64,000 nt of DNA from Octopus bimaculoides. Taxonomy: Eukaryota. The number at the start of each line of letters is the position of its first letter. Positions within the stretch are counted from its first letter, which is position 1. Shown here one piece after another: positions 12,822-25,760 of the stretch. The stretch lies in the NCBI RefSeq assembly GCF_001194135.2, contig NC_068989.1, positions 10,965,652 through 11,029,651 on the forward strand. Direction: 5' to 3'. The translations under genes and the position numbers were made by a program. A model generated the notes under the pieces. That model had not been told where the DNA came from. It did not search any database and saw only the letters and a list, made by a program, of their open reading frames with translations.

Positions 12822-13625
12822 NNNNNNNNNNNNNNNNNNNNNNNNNNNNNNNNNNNNNNNNNNNNNNNNNNNNNNNNNNNNNNNNNNNNNNNNNNNNNNN
12901 NNNNNNNNNNNNNNNNNNNNNNNNNNNNNNNNNNNNNNNNNNNNNNNNNNNNNNNNNNNNNNNNNNNNNNNNNNNNNNNNNNNNNNNNNNNNNNNNNNNN
13001 NNNNNNNNNNNNNNNNNNNNNNNNNNNNNNNNNNNNNNNNNNNNNNNNNNNNNNNNNNNNNNNNNNNNNNNNNNNNNNNNNNNNNNNNNNNNNNNNNNNN
13101 NNNNNNNNNNNNNNNNNNNNNNNNNNNNNNNNNNNNNNNNNNNNNNNNNNNNNNNNNNNNNNNNNNNNNNNNNNNNNNNNNNNNNNNNNNNNNNNNNNNN
13201 NNNNNNNNNNNNNNNNNNNNNNNNNNNNNNNNNNNNNNNNNNNNNNNNNNNNNNNNNNNNNNNNNNNNNNNNNNNNNNNNNNNNNNNNNNNNNNNNNNNN
13301 NNNNNNNNNNNNNNNNNNNNNNNNNNNNNNNNNNNNNNNNNNNNNNNNNNNNNNNNNNNNNNNNNNNNNNNNNNNNNNNNNNNNNNNNNNNNNNNNNNNN
13401 NNNNNNNNNNNNNNNNNNNNNNNNNNNNNNNNNNNNNNNNNNNNNNNNNNNNNNNNNNNNNNNNNNNNNNNNNNNNNNNNNNNNNNNNNNNNNNNNNNNN
13501 NNNNNNNNNNNNNNNNNNNNNNNNNNNNNNNNNNNNNNNNNNNNNNNNNNNNNNNNNNNNNNNNNNNNNNNNNNNNNNNNNNNNNNNNNNNNNNNNNNNN
13601 NNNNNNNNNNNNNNNNNNNNNNNNN

Positions 13626-13663
<38 letters not shown>

Positions 13664-14125
13664 TCTAAATACATTCAGGAAACAGCCGTCGTCTGACAGA
13701 TAAGCAAACGCTCATCAACATTTTTCAAATTACCGCCCCGCCGAACAACACTTTCTATATGACATCTGGTCTTCGAATTTGTTTTTTTTTTCTGTAAGTA
13801 CCCCTGCCCCATTTAGAATTAAGTAAATGCGTCGTTTCTTCACCTCTTCCTTTCACAGTAGACCCTCCCCCTTGTATAAAATTCTGTGTTCATTCCTACT
13901 TTGGTGGGGAGTTTTATTTGTTGGTTTGTGTTTTCTCATAAAACCAGCCTGCAATAATTCAGTACGTGTACATGTGTGTACGTGTACGTGTGCGTGGGTG
14001 TACGTGTGTACACATACACCCTCACACACACGCACACGCACACGTATGTATACATACATGCATATATACATGCACTCACACATATATGTACGCACGCACA
14101 AATACATACATGTATTACTGCGTGC

Positions 14126-14167
<42 letters not shown>

Positions 14168-14819
14168 AGGCGCAGGAGTGGCTGTGTGTTAAGTAGCTTG
14201 CTTCCCAATCACAAGGTTCCGGGTTCAGTCCCACTGCGTGGCAGCTTGGACAAGTGTCTTCTACTATAGCCTCGGGCCGACCAAAGCCTTGTGAGTGGAT
14301 TTGGTAGATGGAAACTGAAAGAAGCCCGTCGTATATGTGTATATATATGTGTGTGCGTGTGTGTGTTTGTGTGTCTGTGTTTGTCCTCCTAGCATTGCTT
14401 GACAACCGATGCTGGTGTGTTTATGTCCCCGCCACTTAGCGGTTCGGCAAAAGAGACCAATAGAATAAGTACTGGGCTTACAAAGAATAAGTCCNNNNNN
14501 NNNNCTTCTACTATAGCCTCGGGCCGACCAAAGCCTTGTGAGTGGATTTGGTAGATGGAAACTGAAAGAAGCCCGTCGTATATGTGTATATATATGTGTG
14601 TGCGTGTGTGTGTTTGTGTGTCTGTGTTTGTCCTCCTAGCATTGCTTGACAACCGATGCTGGTGTGTTTATGTCCCCGCCACTTAGCGGTTCGGCAAAAG
14701 AGACCAATAGAATAAGTACTGGGCTTACAAAGAATAAGTCCCGGGGTTGATTTGCTCGACTAAAGGCGGTGCTCCAGCATGGCCGCAGTCAAATGACTGA
14801 AACAAGTAAAAGAGTAAAG

Positions 14820-14820
<1 letters not shown>
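14168..14820 (+). mobile_element. tRNA-derived SINE with internal microsatellite (partly duplicated across a 10-N gap)
   Basis: ggcgcaggagtggctgtg head, CORE-like cttggacaagtgtcttct, tail tgactgaaacaagtaaaagagtaaa. Confidence 0.85.
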
Positions 14821-14893
<73 letters not shown>

Positions 14894-14902
14894 GTAAAAG
14901 AG

Positions 14903-14935
<33 letters not shown>

Positions 14936-15353
14936 GTTTGTATATGTGCGGGTCTGTGTTTGTCCTCCACCACCGCTTTGACAGCCGGTGTTGGTTTGTT
15001 TACGTCACCGTAATCTAGGGGCTCGGCAAAAGAGATCGATAGAATGAGTGTCAGACATAAAAATAATTACTGGGATCAATTTATTCAACTAAACTCTTCA
15101 AGGTGGTGCCCCAGCATGGCCGCAGTCCATTGACTGAAATTAAGTAAAAGATAAGGATAGTAATGTATAGAGGGTTTGTGGCGATAAAGACGAAGTTCTC
15201 GTACAAATCGCTGATTGATTAAAATGAACTAGTAGTCTTTTTCAGGAGGAGTTTAGGTCAAGGACTACTAAAGATACGATTATTTGCAAATTTATTCTTA
15301 ATGCATCCAGGCAAAATATGCTGGTCGCTGTAGTGTAAGTCGTAGGAGAATAA

Positions 15354-15424
15354 CTTAGAATCCCGGTGTGCTAATAAGCCGAGTGTTCAACACACTCGGT
15401 TCAGTAGCGCACGGGGACTCTAAG
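15354..15424. ncRNA. 71-nt pre-miRNA-like hairpin (candidate only)
   Basis: Two 33-nt arms, 29/33 paired (two G-U, four symmetric mismatches, no bulges), 5-nt loop TCAAC. Confidence 0.3.
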
Positions 15425-16121
15425 ACACCGGTGTTTCGACATTTTGTGTCTCGTCAAGCAGAATCACCTAGACTACTAATGATAACTTTCTGAAATCTTT
15501 AGTTTTCTTTAGAAATCTTTAGTGCTACTGGTTTGAGATAAACTCTACAAGTATGGAAGTGCGGTCAGACCCGTCTATCCAAAATGAGCGCGAAGTGACG
15601 AAACCGTTCCGCAGGCAATCATTCGGTGTCTGGGCATTGCTGTTTTTAGCAGTTATGTGGAGAAATAAATAGCTGTTGAGTCTGGGACAGATCCGGCTGT
15701 CTACGATTGTTTCGTCGTTGTTCCTATAGCAAAAAAGGTTGTGTAAAAGACGAAGTTAAAATGTCTGCAGACAGACACCTTCTTCACTTGTAGAACTATC
15801 ATCGACTTTTGTTGGAATGTCTTACCATGCCTACAGTCCCTATTATTATACGGATTTGTTTCTCCCTTCAGTTTCTCTATTCGGGTTATCTCTATTTCCA
15901 GGGGTTTTATTTCGATAGTTTCTTAATTTTTTTTTCTAGAAACATTATCATCTGCTGGAACTGACATGGTGATTAAAAGCATTTTTTTTTTCTTGGTTTC
16001 CTTACCAATAATTCTAGTCATCTCTGGATGTGTTCTTTCGTTGCCAAGACTGGACAGCCAGAGGCAATTTAATTTCTTAGTTTTTCCCCATCGCCACATG
16101 TTCTGCTGTTACTTATTGTAT

Positions 16122-16677
16122 CAGCGCCGGATTAACCATTAAGCAAATTAAGCACGTGCTTAGGGCATCAAAAGAAGGGCTGTGTCATCACAGAAATTGT
16201 AAATGGTTTAAGGTACAAAAGAAATCACTTTAAACTTGCTTAAATGATATTCAGAGTGATCAATATGATCGGAAATATAATTTCGAAGTATTCATAGTGT
16301 CATAATGAGGATGTAATCAAAGACGTTGGAATTTAAAAAAAAAGTAGGAGAAAACTTTTCAAATATAAATGAAGTGGAAGTATACAAAAATAAATATTAT
16401 TTTCCATCTTACTGTTAGTTTTGTTACATCTTGAAGAATGAAAATTAATTTTATGCTTCACAATTGTTTATATTTGGAATTATATACAGGGTGTCCACAA
16501 AGTCTGGGTACATGGAGTAAATAAAACTATAACATAAACAATTAAATATAAGAAATAATAATTTTTTAAAGTATGTGTTAATCCCCATGTACCCAGACTT
16601 TGTGGACACCCTGTATATACGGAGGCACCGAAATTTTTTACGTTCTTAGAGTTTCTGTGGGCCTTAATCCCGCCTTA
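16122..16677. mobile_element. hAT-like MITE
   Basis: Imperfect TIR cagcgccggattaa / ttaatcccgcctta; 8-bp TSD tattgtat / tattgcat. Confidence 0.6.
16487..16613. mobile_element. Tc1/mariner MITE nested in the hAT-like MITE
   Basis: Perfect 29-bp TIR cagggtgtccacaaagtctgggtacatgg; TA TSD on both sides. Confidence 0.9.
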
Positions 16678-16771
16678 TATTGCATTCTGCTTCATTATTA
16701 TTTTAGCATCTTAACTCCCATATTACAGCTTTTATTTGTCTCGTCATGTTTTAGTTTCCCGTTTTAGGTTT

Positions 16772-16817
<46 letters not shown>

Positions 16818-19800
16818 CCTTCGTATCTCTGTCTGTTTCCAATGCATTCTCAAACAGCTCAACCAAACCAAATCAAATCAAATTTTACATGGCAATTCTA
16901 TGAGACTCCGGGAGAGTTAACATATAATTTTGGGGGATTAATTTACACTGCATCTAAAAATACAAACATACTATATACGGTACATTATTAAACACACACA
17001 CACACACATCTACACATACATGTACATATCTGACAACTTGATTTTTTTTATTAACCATACAGGGTCGAAACACAGAGGGGACAGCGCAAGGGAACAGACA
17101 AAAACCAAAAGTCGGGGGGAAATAAAATCGAATGAAATGACTGGTAATGGTAAATGAAAAGGTGGAATGACGTCTACTCGAACCCGACACTCCAGTTAAT
17201 ATCATTGAACGTTTTTAAAACAAAAAAAAACAATTTTTAACACGTGGTATTTTATTTTTGTCTCTTTCTCCTTGCTGAGTATTGCTTGAGCACGACCGAC
17301 ATGTTTGAAGTACGGTCTCGTGTTTGCCAGTAGACTTCACTGCAACATTGTGTTGTGAGGAATTAACAAAAGGAAATTTTACTGTGTTTAGCCTGCTAGC
17401 GGACTTGGTTTCTTGTTTTTAGGCGAAGAGGTAGAATATGATGATATAAAGAGACATTAAGTGGTAAGTAAAAATTATTGAGAATTAATTATTAGAAAAA
17501 AAAGTGAACTGTGAATGGACAATGATCGTTTTAAAAGGGGGGAAAAAACAGAAATTCTGTATAAACATTCGAATTAATTGCAAACACGTAACCATCCCGG
17601 AGTGGGGCCTGGTGGCCGTTTCATCGTCATTATATAAATTCATGTTATTCATTTTTCATGTTATGTCACCTCGTGTTTTGTTTGTCCCATCTTTGTTGGC
17701 CCCTTGTGGGCAATAAAAAATCAGACCGACATGCGTGAAGCGCGGTCTTGCTAGTCGAGTCTCTGCTGGGAGACTTTTCATTGCAGCATTGTGCTGCTAT
17801 TAGGAATTTAAAAAGGAAGTTTTACTCTGTTTAGCCTGCTAGCGGGCCTGGTTTCTTGTTTTGGGGCGAAGAAAATGGAGACGAAGAATTATACTGCAGC
17901 GGATGGAAGGCGAAATGGCGTGATTCCACGTGTGCTGGAGCAACATGAAGTGGACATCAAGGTAGATAGTTTTACAAAATACCAAGAAATAGTGGAGAGG
18001 GAAGAGGATAACCTTAAGTTGACCCCACTCCCAGAAGAGGAACAAAACAGAATGTAGAAGGAAATAGTCTATAGAACGTTTTCCAGAAGAAAAAGAAGAA
18101 TCAATATTGCAACAGAGGAAGAAGTGTCTAGAAGATACCAAAGGCAGCATCATTTTTTCACAAGAGGAAGAAAGTATGGCACAGGTTATTCCGAAAATAA
18201 TGGCCGCAATTTTATAGTATTTAAATTATATTTTAGGTGAATTTCGACATATANNNNNNNNNNNNNNNNNNNNNNNNNNNNNNNNNNNNNNNNNNNNNNN
18301 NNNNNNNNNNNNNNNNNNNNNNNNNNNNNNNNNNNNNNNNNNNNNNNNNNNNNTATATATATACACATATCTATACACGTGTGTGTGTATATATATATAT
18401 ATATAGATAGATAGATGTCCATGTGTATATACGAAGATTTTCGGCTGGTCACTCTGCCAGTTATGCTCTGCTTACTATGCTTTTTCGTCCGTAGCAAATC
18501 GACGACCTCGTAAAGGATGTCTGACCTGTCGAAAGAGGTGATCGTCAGATGCGGCTAGATCTTGACCGGTTGCAGGGTGTACCGGCAACTCAAAACACAA
18601 TCCAATACCTTTGACCATAGGCCTGTTGGAACACACCTGACAAGGGGCAAATCAAAACTGATGTATTTGAAATGAAAACAAATTTTAAAAAACAAGAACC
18701 ATATAAAGAAAAAACAAACAAACATTTTATTGTTACTTTGTCTACTTTACAAATAACAGTAAATAGTTTACACAAATGGAATGTCCTGTTGTTGAGTTGG
18801 TGAAGGCATTCGGTGAAAGATTGGGAACATGTGAACACATTTCAGTTTAAACTTAGCAGCAGAAGTAATGGGAGAGGGTAAGGAATTTTCCACTGCCCTC
18901 CTCTTCTGACCTTAAACACCAACACACACACACACACAGCACCAATCAGGTTGTTTTTAAATGCAGAGAAAAATTTGATATAGATGGCGCTGGTTAGTGG
19001 TGGTATTGACGAAACTGAACCGGATGTCAGTTATAGAGCGAACGGTTGCACAATTAACGCTGTGATAATCAGCGTTGGAGAAGGAAATAATCACTCTACA
19101 AACTGAGACCGCGATGCGGTTTCAATCTCCAACTGAAGAAACACTTGCATTGCAAAAGCTATTATTGCCACTGGGAAAAAGCTATGAATTTCTCTTTAAA
19201 TAACAAAGCTTTAAGAATTGCTGTCAATACAAGATAACCAAGAGGCGACCAACTGGCAGAATCGTTAGCATGAGAGACAAAATGTTTTGACATTTCGTCT
19301 GTCTTCATGTTCTGATTTCAAATTCCACCGAGATCAACTTTACCTTTCATAATTTCAGGGTCGATGAAGTACCAGTTAAACACTGGTGTCGATGTAATCG
19401 ACTTACTCCATCCCCCAAAACTGCTGACCTTGTGCCAAAATTTGAATCCAATATTAGACAACTAAGCTGTGCTAAACTTCAGGTTAGTCGAAATAGCAAT
19501 CTGGTTTCAATTCTCAGTTGAAACTATCACGCTTCAGTTATATCACTAACGTTCTTAGCAAGGTACAACTATTACATAATATATTTCTCTCCATCTACTA
19601 CAGACACACGTGCTTTTCTCATCTAGGTCATCTTACTATTTCAAAAATGTAAGAATACGTTGATTGATGTAGTCCAAGTCACATTTTCACCTCAAAAATG
19701 GATGAGGTAATGGTGGAAATATTTTTAATCACAAGTTTGCTTAATCAGGGCCGATTTGGGTTAAACAACGATCATAACAATTCACATCACACCCTTCTAC

Positions 19801-19965
19801 TTGCTGGACTCATTGATTAAATTATTCAGATTGCCTTTGCAAAGCAATTGACCATAACTGAATATGTTAGCATGAACTATGAAAAACATGTGATGGCAGT
19901 TATGTATGCATTTCCTTAGAGCTATAGTGACACAAAAGAAGGGGAGTTTCTCCAGCTGTGAATTA

Positions 19966-20130
19966 CCGTATTTTAACGTGTATAAGGAACCCCCTAATTT
20001 GGGGGAGGCTTAACATTTGGAAAAAAGGTTTTGTAAAGAATTATAATACTATCCCTGTATAAGAAACTCCCATATATTTTAAACCTAATTTTTGACAAAA
20101 AATGGGTTCCTTTTACATGTTAAAATATGG
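19966..20130. mobile_element. pogo/Tc1-mariner-type MITE
   Basis: TIR ccgtattttaacgtgtataagga versus reverse complement ccatattttaacatgtaaaagga; TA TSD. Confidence 0.7.
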
Positions 20131-23100
20131 TAAATGCTGGTCACCAATTCAGATTGCTAACAACATACCTCTTAGTCTACCATACTCAATATGAAGCAAA
20201 GGTATTAAACTCTGAAAGTTTACTGAATAAGTACAATGGCTGTATAAGAAGCAAGAATTGTGTACAATGAGTTTGAAGTCGTGTCTAATATCTGAAATGA
20301 GTTATTGTAAATAAGATTATTATTTTTCGTTCATTAGCTTCATCTTTAGAAATGAAATATTTTCCAATTACACAAACGTTTTGATGACTGATCTGTCATT
20401 AGATCATCTTCATCGTTAAATGTCTAGTTTCCCCTACTTGCATGTTGTACCTGTTGCCAATCCTCACCCATTTCAAAGCAAGGTAGTATTTCCCCATGGC
20501 CAAACATTCTTCATGGAAGACTGGAAACCAAGCAGTTGTATGTTTAAAAAGTTTGCTTTGCAACTGTGGTTACAGGTTCAGTTTTACTGTGAAATACTTT
20601 CGGCAGTTGTCTTCTACATTCATTGATGACTCAAGATTGAAAATCTATTGGAAGGACTTCTGTTCTTACAGGATTAACATAATTTCTAATTCTTAGAGAA
20701 CTGACATCATTGCCTGGTTTAACATTATCTTTTGACCCATGGGTGCCTTTTAGCAGAATTCATTCTGCTATAAACATTACGACTAAACTTCCAGTCTGAA
20801 GAAGACTTCATTTCTTCCCACCAGTTTCAAGAGCCTTAAAAATGGCCATAATTGCTAGCCTTCCTTCTGCCATGTGAAAAAAAAAGACGTTCTCTGTAGC
20901 CATTTGATCTGTTCAATGCAACAGAGATATTTCTCACGACTAACTCCTTATCTTTGAAATAAGATCTACATATTTTAAAGATCAGATGACTAATAGCTAG
21001 GATCACCATTCAAATTCTTTGTATAATTGATTATTGGTCCATATTTACAATTACCCAAGAAGTGATGACCCGGGCTACCCAACAGAGTTTAGTGAGATTA
21101 AACAAGGCACTCAGAACAGAAGGCAGGAATTCTAAAAGTCTTCAGGGTAGCTTATATATTGAGCACTACATCTGGCTATAACAAACCAGATCAAACTGAA
21201 TATCTACACCTTGAACATTTGTATATACTGTATATATTAACTGTAACAAGGTTAAAAAGAACAGGATCTGAGAGGGGAGGGAACAGGGGACACTAAAACT
21301 AGTTGAATTGGAAACAGAAGTATTAGAAAAGTTAGAATGCAGCTAATGTAGAACACTTGAAATAGATTCCAAACAGTTTGAATTGGTGTCAATATGCTTG
21401 CTGATAAAATCTAGTTGGTTGTACATATATACTCATTTCATTGGTCCTGCACTTTCAAACATGATCCCTTAACACATTGATAAGAGTTATTTTGGTTGCA
21501 TCATATAGCCAGAAATCACCACTTGTTACCATATATATATTCAAACATGTTCCTTTACAAGACAAATTAAAGCCAGCAATAGTTATAATGTTATCTGGAC
21601 AAATATAACTAGAGCAGTAAAAAGTTGTTCAGTTTGTCAGATAAATAAAATTTTTAAATAAAATCCATAAAAAAAAAGAAAATCTGAATTTTCTTTTTTT
21701 TTTTTTNNNNNNNNNNTTTTTTTTTTTTTGTTAAAACACAAATTCAAAAAATTTTTTGTGAAGCTCAAACAATTCAAAATCTGTTGTGAAGTGAAAAATA
21801 GTCCATTTCATTGGTAACAAATATCAGGTTTTTATGTAAGGTCTTACTTCTGTATTATTATTATAAGTTGTTGGTTTATACTAATTGCTGAAAATATTGA
21901 TACCCAGGATCATGTTTTAATCAGTGTAGAGAGAGAGAATCCATTTTCATTAAATATGAATGAACGCTGTATAACAATTTTTTTTTTTTGTCTTTGGCCA
22001 GTAAGTATTATTTCCTATTTGCTTCTATCTAGAAATCAAAGGGAATGGCTATTATTCCCTTCAAACTTTGCTTTTGTGATCTGGACATCAATGTTTTAAA
22101 ATTGACATTTTTCATTACATTTCAGACATTTTGTTATAGCAAATATTCTGCTCAGTATCACACATTTTGCTTGTCGACTGCTTGAACTTAACCACTTGAG
22201 CATGTCCCTCTCTGATCATGAGCAGGAGTAGTTGGGGTACATTATAGTGATGTGTTGAGAGGGATTCTTTGGGGTTTGAATAAATGTAACAAAAACAAAG
22301 TTTGAAGGAAACATTAACCATTTTTCATACTTTCTAGGGGTAAGCAGACAGGAAATAACAATTGCTACTCAAGGACAAAAATCGTGTTAGACAGTGTAAT
22401 TTGTTTTAGTATACAGCATGAGTTGACTAATCTTCAGACAGACACCTGTATATATTGTTGGAACAATTTGCTCAATTATGAATTAACGATGACAAAAGAT
22501 ATTTTCAGCAATTCAATTGGTCATACTGTCAAATTTTGGTCATTAACACATTTAAATATCTCTTTGACTAGAGTTCAAACTCACCAGCATTTTTTTTTCT
22601 CTCAGTAAAAAAAAAAATTACAAAAAATACCCAAGAGGTTAACTGTTTGACTCTTCTTGGAATTCAGAGAATAGTCACAAAGGCACCAATTTTAATAATA
22701 CAAATAAACTGTGATATCAGCCGCCTCTGAAAACTTATGAATGGATCTGAACTCTGCACAGCAAGCTAACAAGCCTTTGTCAATTACCATACTGCTTACA
22801 GCAGTAGCTTATACTTCCCTATGATACTTATTTATAAAGCAAAGTTCACAATGCACTCCGAGACAATGGCACATGCCTCTCTTATTATACTTATTTATAC
22901 AACAATGTTCATATTGCACTCTGATATACAGTGCCAGTGAGAGAATGAAAATACCATTTCTTCACACAATGAACCATCACACTAAATAATTCAATAAGCT
23001 GTTGTGTATTTGTAGAGTGCAATACGAAAAATAAGTTCAAATGTTGTTGTAGCCATTATGCTGTGTTCTTAAGCAAATTAAATACTATTCTTGCTGCAGC

Positions 23101-24163
23101 CAACGTAGCACTCATCCATTATTCCTAGTGACAGGTGAAACGATGGGTGTCAACTTGGAATGTTATTTACTTCATCAGGTATACAAATAGAAATGTTGCA
23201 GAAAGTCAACACCATTCGTGCTACTGTAGAAATAAAAGTTGTAAAATAGTTTTAAATAAAAAGTTAAGATAGCAGAGCCCCAGCATGACCACTGTCTAAT
23301 GACAAACAAAATCAAACATGAGAATAACTGAAATGTAGACCTAGATTATCCAAAAAGTATATTCACACCAACTTTGTTAAATTATTCCATATGCTACAAT
23401 ACATATCTATGCTGAGTTCCTTAACTATTTCATCCTTTTGGTGCTGACCCACTTAAGACAATTCCAGATTCTATAATACAAAACTGTCCATATCTAAATT
23501 AAAACCTTCTTTCATAATATCATTTTTTGCTATGTTCCAAACACCAACTTAATAAAAGGTAAGTTATTTTAGCGAATCCCTACAAATTACAAATTAATTT
23601 TATAATAATTGAAACACATTTTGAATATTTCCTTAGAAATATTGTCACAAAATGGTTAAATTATTTTCATTTTATATTTTCAGCACCAGCTAGAAGAGAA
23701 AAAAACAACTTAACTGATATTACATAACAGTTCCAAAAGAATAAACTGCACTGACTGCCTGCAGCAGACTCTCCTATCACTGCGAAATACGTACTGCTTT
23801 TGCTGTGCAAATTACACCTTTACAATAAAGAGCTTGGACTTGTATCACCTATGATAGACTGTGTGAGAAATATGTTATATTAATTGAACTAAATAATTCT
23901 GTGTTGGCTTATATGTTGTGATTATCAGAATTGTTGGATTCATCTGCTGGAGTTAAGTTCGACTTCTTCTGAGTATGAACTTGTACTACTTATATTGTCT
24001 GATTTCACAGATGATGTCGTTGATATTGTTGTCATAGCTACAGCTTTGGAGAAACTTAGCTTCAGAAGAATACCATTTCAAATCTCTCTTGCACAATTGA
24101 TCAATCAATGGAGCTAAAAAAAAAAAGACTCAACTGTGATGTACACTCTGCCTTGCACACCTT

Positions 24164-24299
24164 TCAGTCAACATCTTCAGGTACCTGATCTTCAGCATGT
24201 AATAACCAGGTAACCACTATGATTGAGAGAAAAACGGTTGTTGCATACATCAGGGTGTACAAGTGGCTGGCCTTTTTCTCAATGGAGAAACCAATGTAC
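24164..24299 (-). CDS. FG-GAP repeat membrane protein (NERD1-like), last coding exon with C-terminal transmembrane helix
   Basis: Acceptor ttattcag at 24300-24301; 1 leading nt then YIGFSIEKKASHLYTLMYATTVFLSIIVVTWLLHAEDQVPEDVD*; phase matches the upstream exon. Confidence 0.85.
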
Positions 24300-24474
24300 C
24301 TGAATAACGAAGAACATCCATTATTGGAATATAAGAAAAGAAAATCGAGGAATTTTGGAAATATACAATTCTTGAAAAATTATGCTGGAAAATAAAACAT
24401 TTAACAACTGCCATCTCACAGATCAATTCAATCAAAGCTAACTGGATTTACTTACTAAAATATCTGCAACAGAG

Positions 24475-24634
24475 CGCGGGAGTGGCTGTATGGTAAGTAG
24501 CTTGCGTACCAACCACATGGTTCCGGGTTCATTCCCACTGCTTGGCACCTTGGGCAAGTGTCTTCTACTATAGCCTCGGGCCGACCAAAGCCTTGTGAGT
24601 GGATTTGGTAGACGGAAACTGACAGAAGCCCGTC

Positions 24635-24640
<6 letters not shown>
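24475..24640 (+). mobile_element. tRNA-derived SINE, 5' half, truncated by a gap
   Basis: Near-identical to 14168-14330. Confidence 0.85.
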
Positions 24641-24668
<28 letters not shown>

Positions 24669-25389
24669 NNNNNNNNNNNNNNNNNNNNNNNNNNNNNNNN
24701 NNNNNNNNNNNNNNNNNNNNNNNNNNNNNNNNNNNNNNNNNNNNNNNNNNNNNNNNNNNNNNNNNNNNNNNNNNNNNNNNNNNNNNNNNNNNNNNNNNNN
24801 NNNNNNNNNNNNNNNNNNNNNNNNNNNNNNNNNNNNNNNNNNNNNNNNNNNNNNNNNNNNNNNNNNNNNNNNNNNNNNNNNNNNNNNNNNNNNNNNNNNN
24901 NNNNNNNNNNNNNNNNNNNNNNNNNNNNNNNNNNNNNNNNNNNNNNNNNNNNNNNNNNNNNNNNNNNNNNNNNNNNNNNNNNNNNNNNNNNNNNNNNNNN
25001 NNNNNNNNNNNNNNNNNNNNNNNNNNNNNNNNNNNNNNNNNNNNNNNNNNNNNNNNNNNNNNNNNNNNNNNNNNNNNNNNNNNNNNNNNNNNNNNNNNNN
25101 NNNNNNNNNNNNNNNNNNNNNNNNNNNNNNNNNNNNNNNNNNNNNNNNNNNNNNNNNNNNNNNNNNNNNNNNNNNNNNNNNNNNNNNNNNNNNNNNNNNN
25201 NNNNNNNNNNNNNNNNNNNNNNNNNNNNNNNNNNNNNNNNNNNNNNNNNNNNNNNNNNNNNNNNNNNNNNNNNNNNNNNNNNNNNNNNNNNNNNNNNNNN
25301 NNNNNNNNNNNNNNNNNNNNNNNNNNNNNNNNNNNNNNNNNNNNNNNNNNNNNNNNNNNNNNNNNNNNNNNNNNNNNNTCCCACTGTGT

Positions 25390-25760
25390 AGAGAGAGTGA
25401 GTGAGTGAGTGAGAGAGAAGGAGAGAGTGAGAAAGAGAGAGAGAAGGAGAGAGAGAGAAGGAGAGAGAGAGTGAGTGAGTGAGAGAGAAGGAGAGAGTGA
25501 GAAAGAGAGAGAGAAGGAGAGAGAGAGAAGGAGAGAGGGAGAAAGAGAAACAGAAAGAGAGAGGGAGAAAGAGAAAAAGGAAGAGAGAGTGAGACAGAAA
25601 GAGCGAGGGAGAGGGGGGAGAAAGAGAAACAGAATGAGAGTGAGAAAGAAAGCGACAGAAAGAGCAAGGAAGAGAGTGGGAGAGAAAGAGAGACATTAGA
25701 AATAATTGAAAAAGACTGGCATAAATACTTTTCCTCTCCACATACAGAGAGAGAGAGCAA
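25390..25760. repeat. (GA)-rich low-complexity tract
   Basis: Polypurine run; source of the LS/ER ORFs. Confidence 0.9.

Noticed and set aside
14258-14741. Exact tandem duplication of a SINE segment
   Set aside because: The copies abut a 10-N gap and are essentially identical: unmerged contig overlap.
18480-18580. CTGACGA plus hairpin on the minus strand as a hammerhead
   Set aside because: No GAAA closes helix II.
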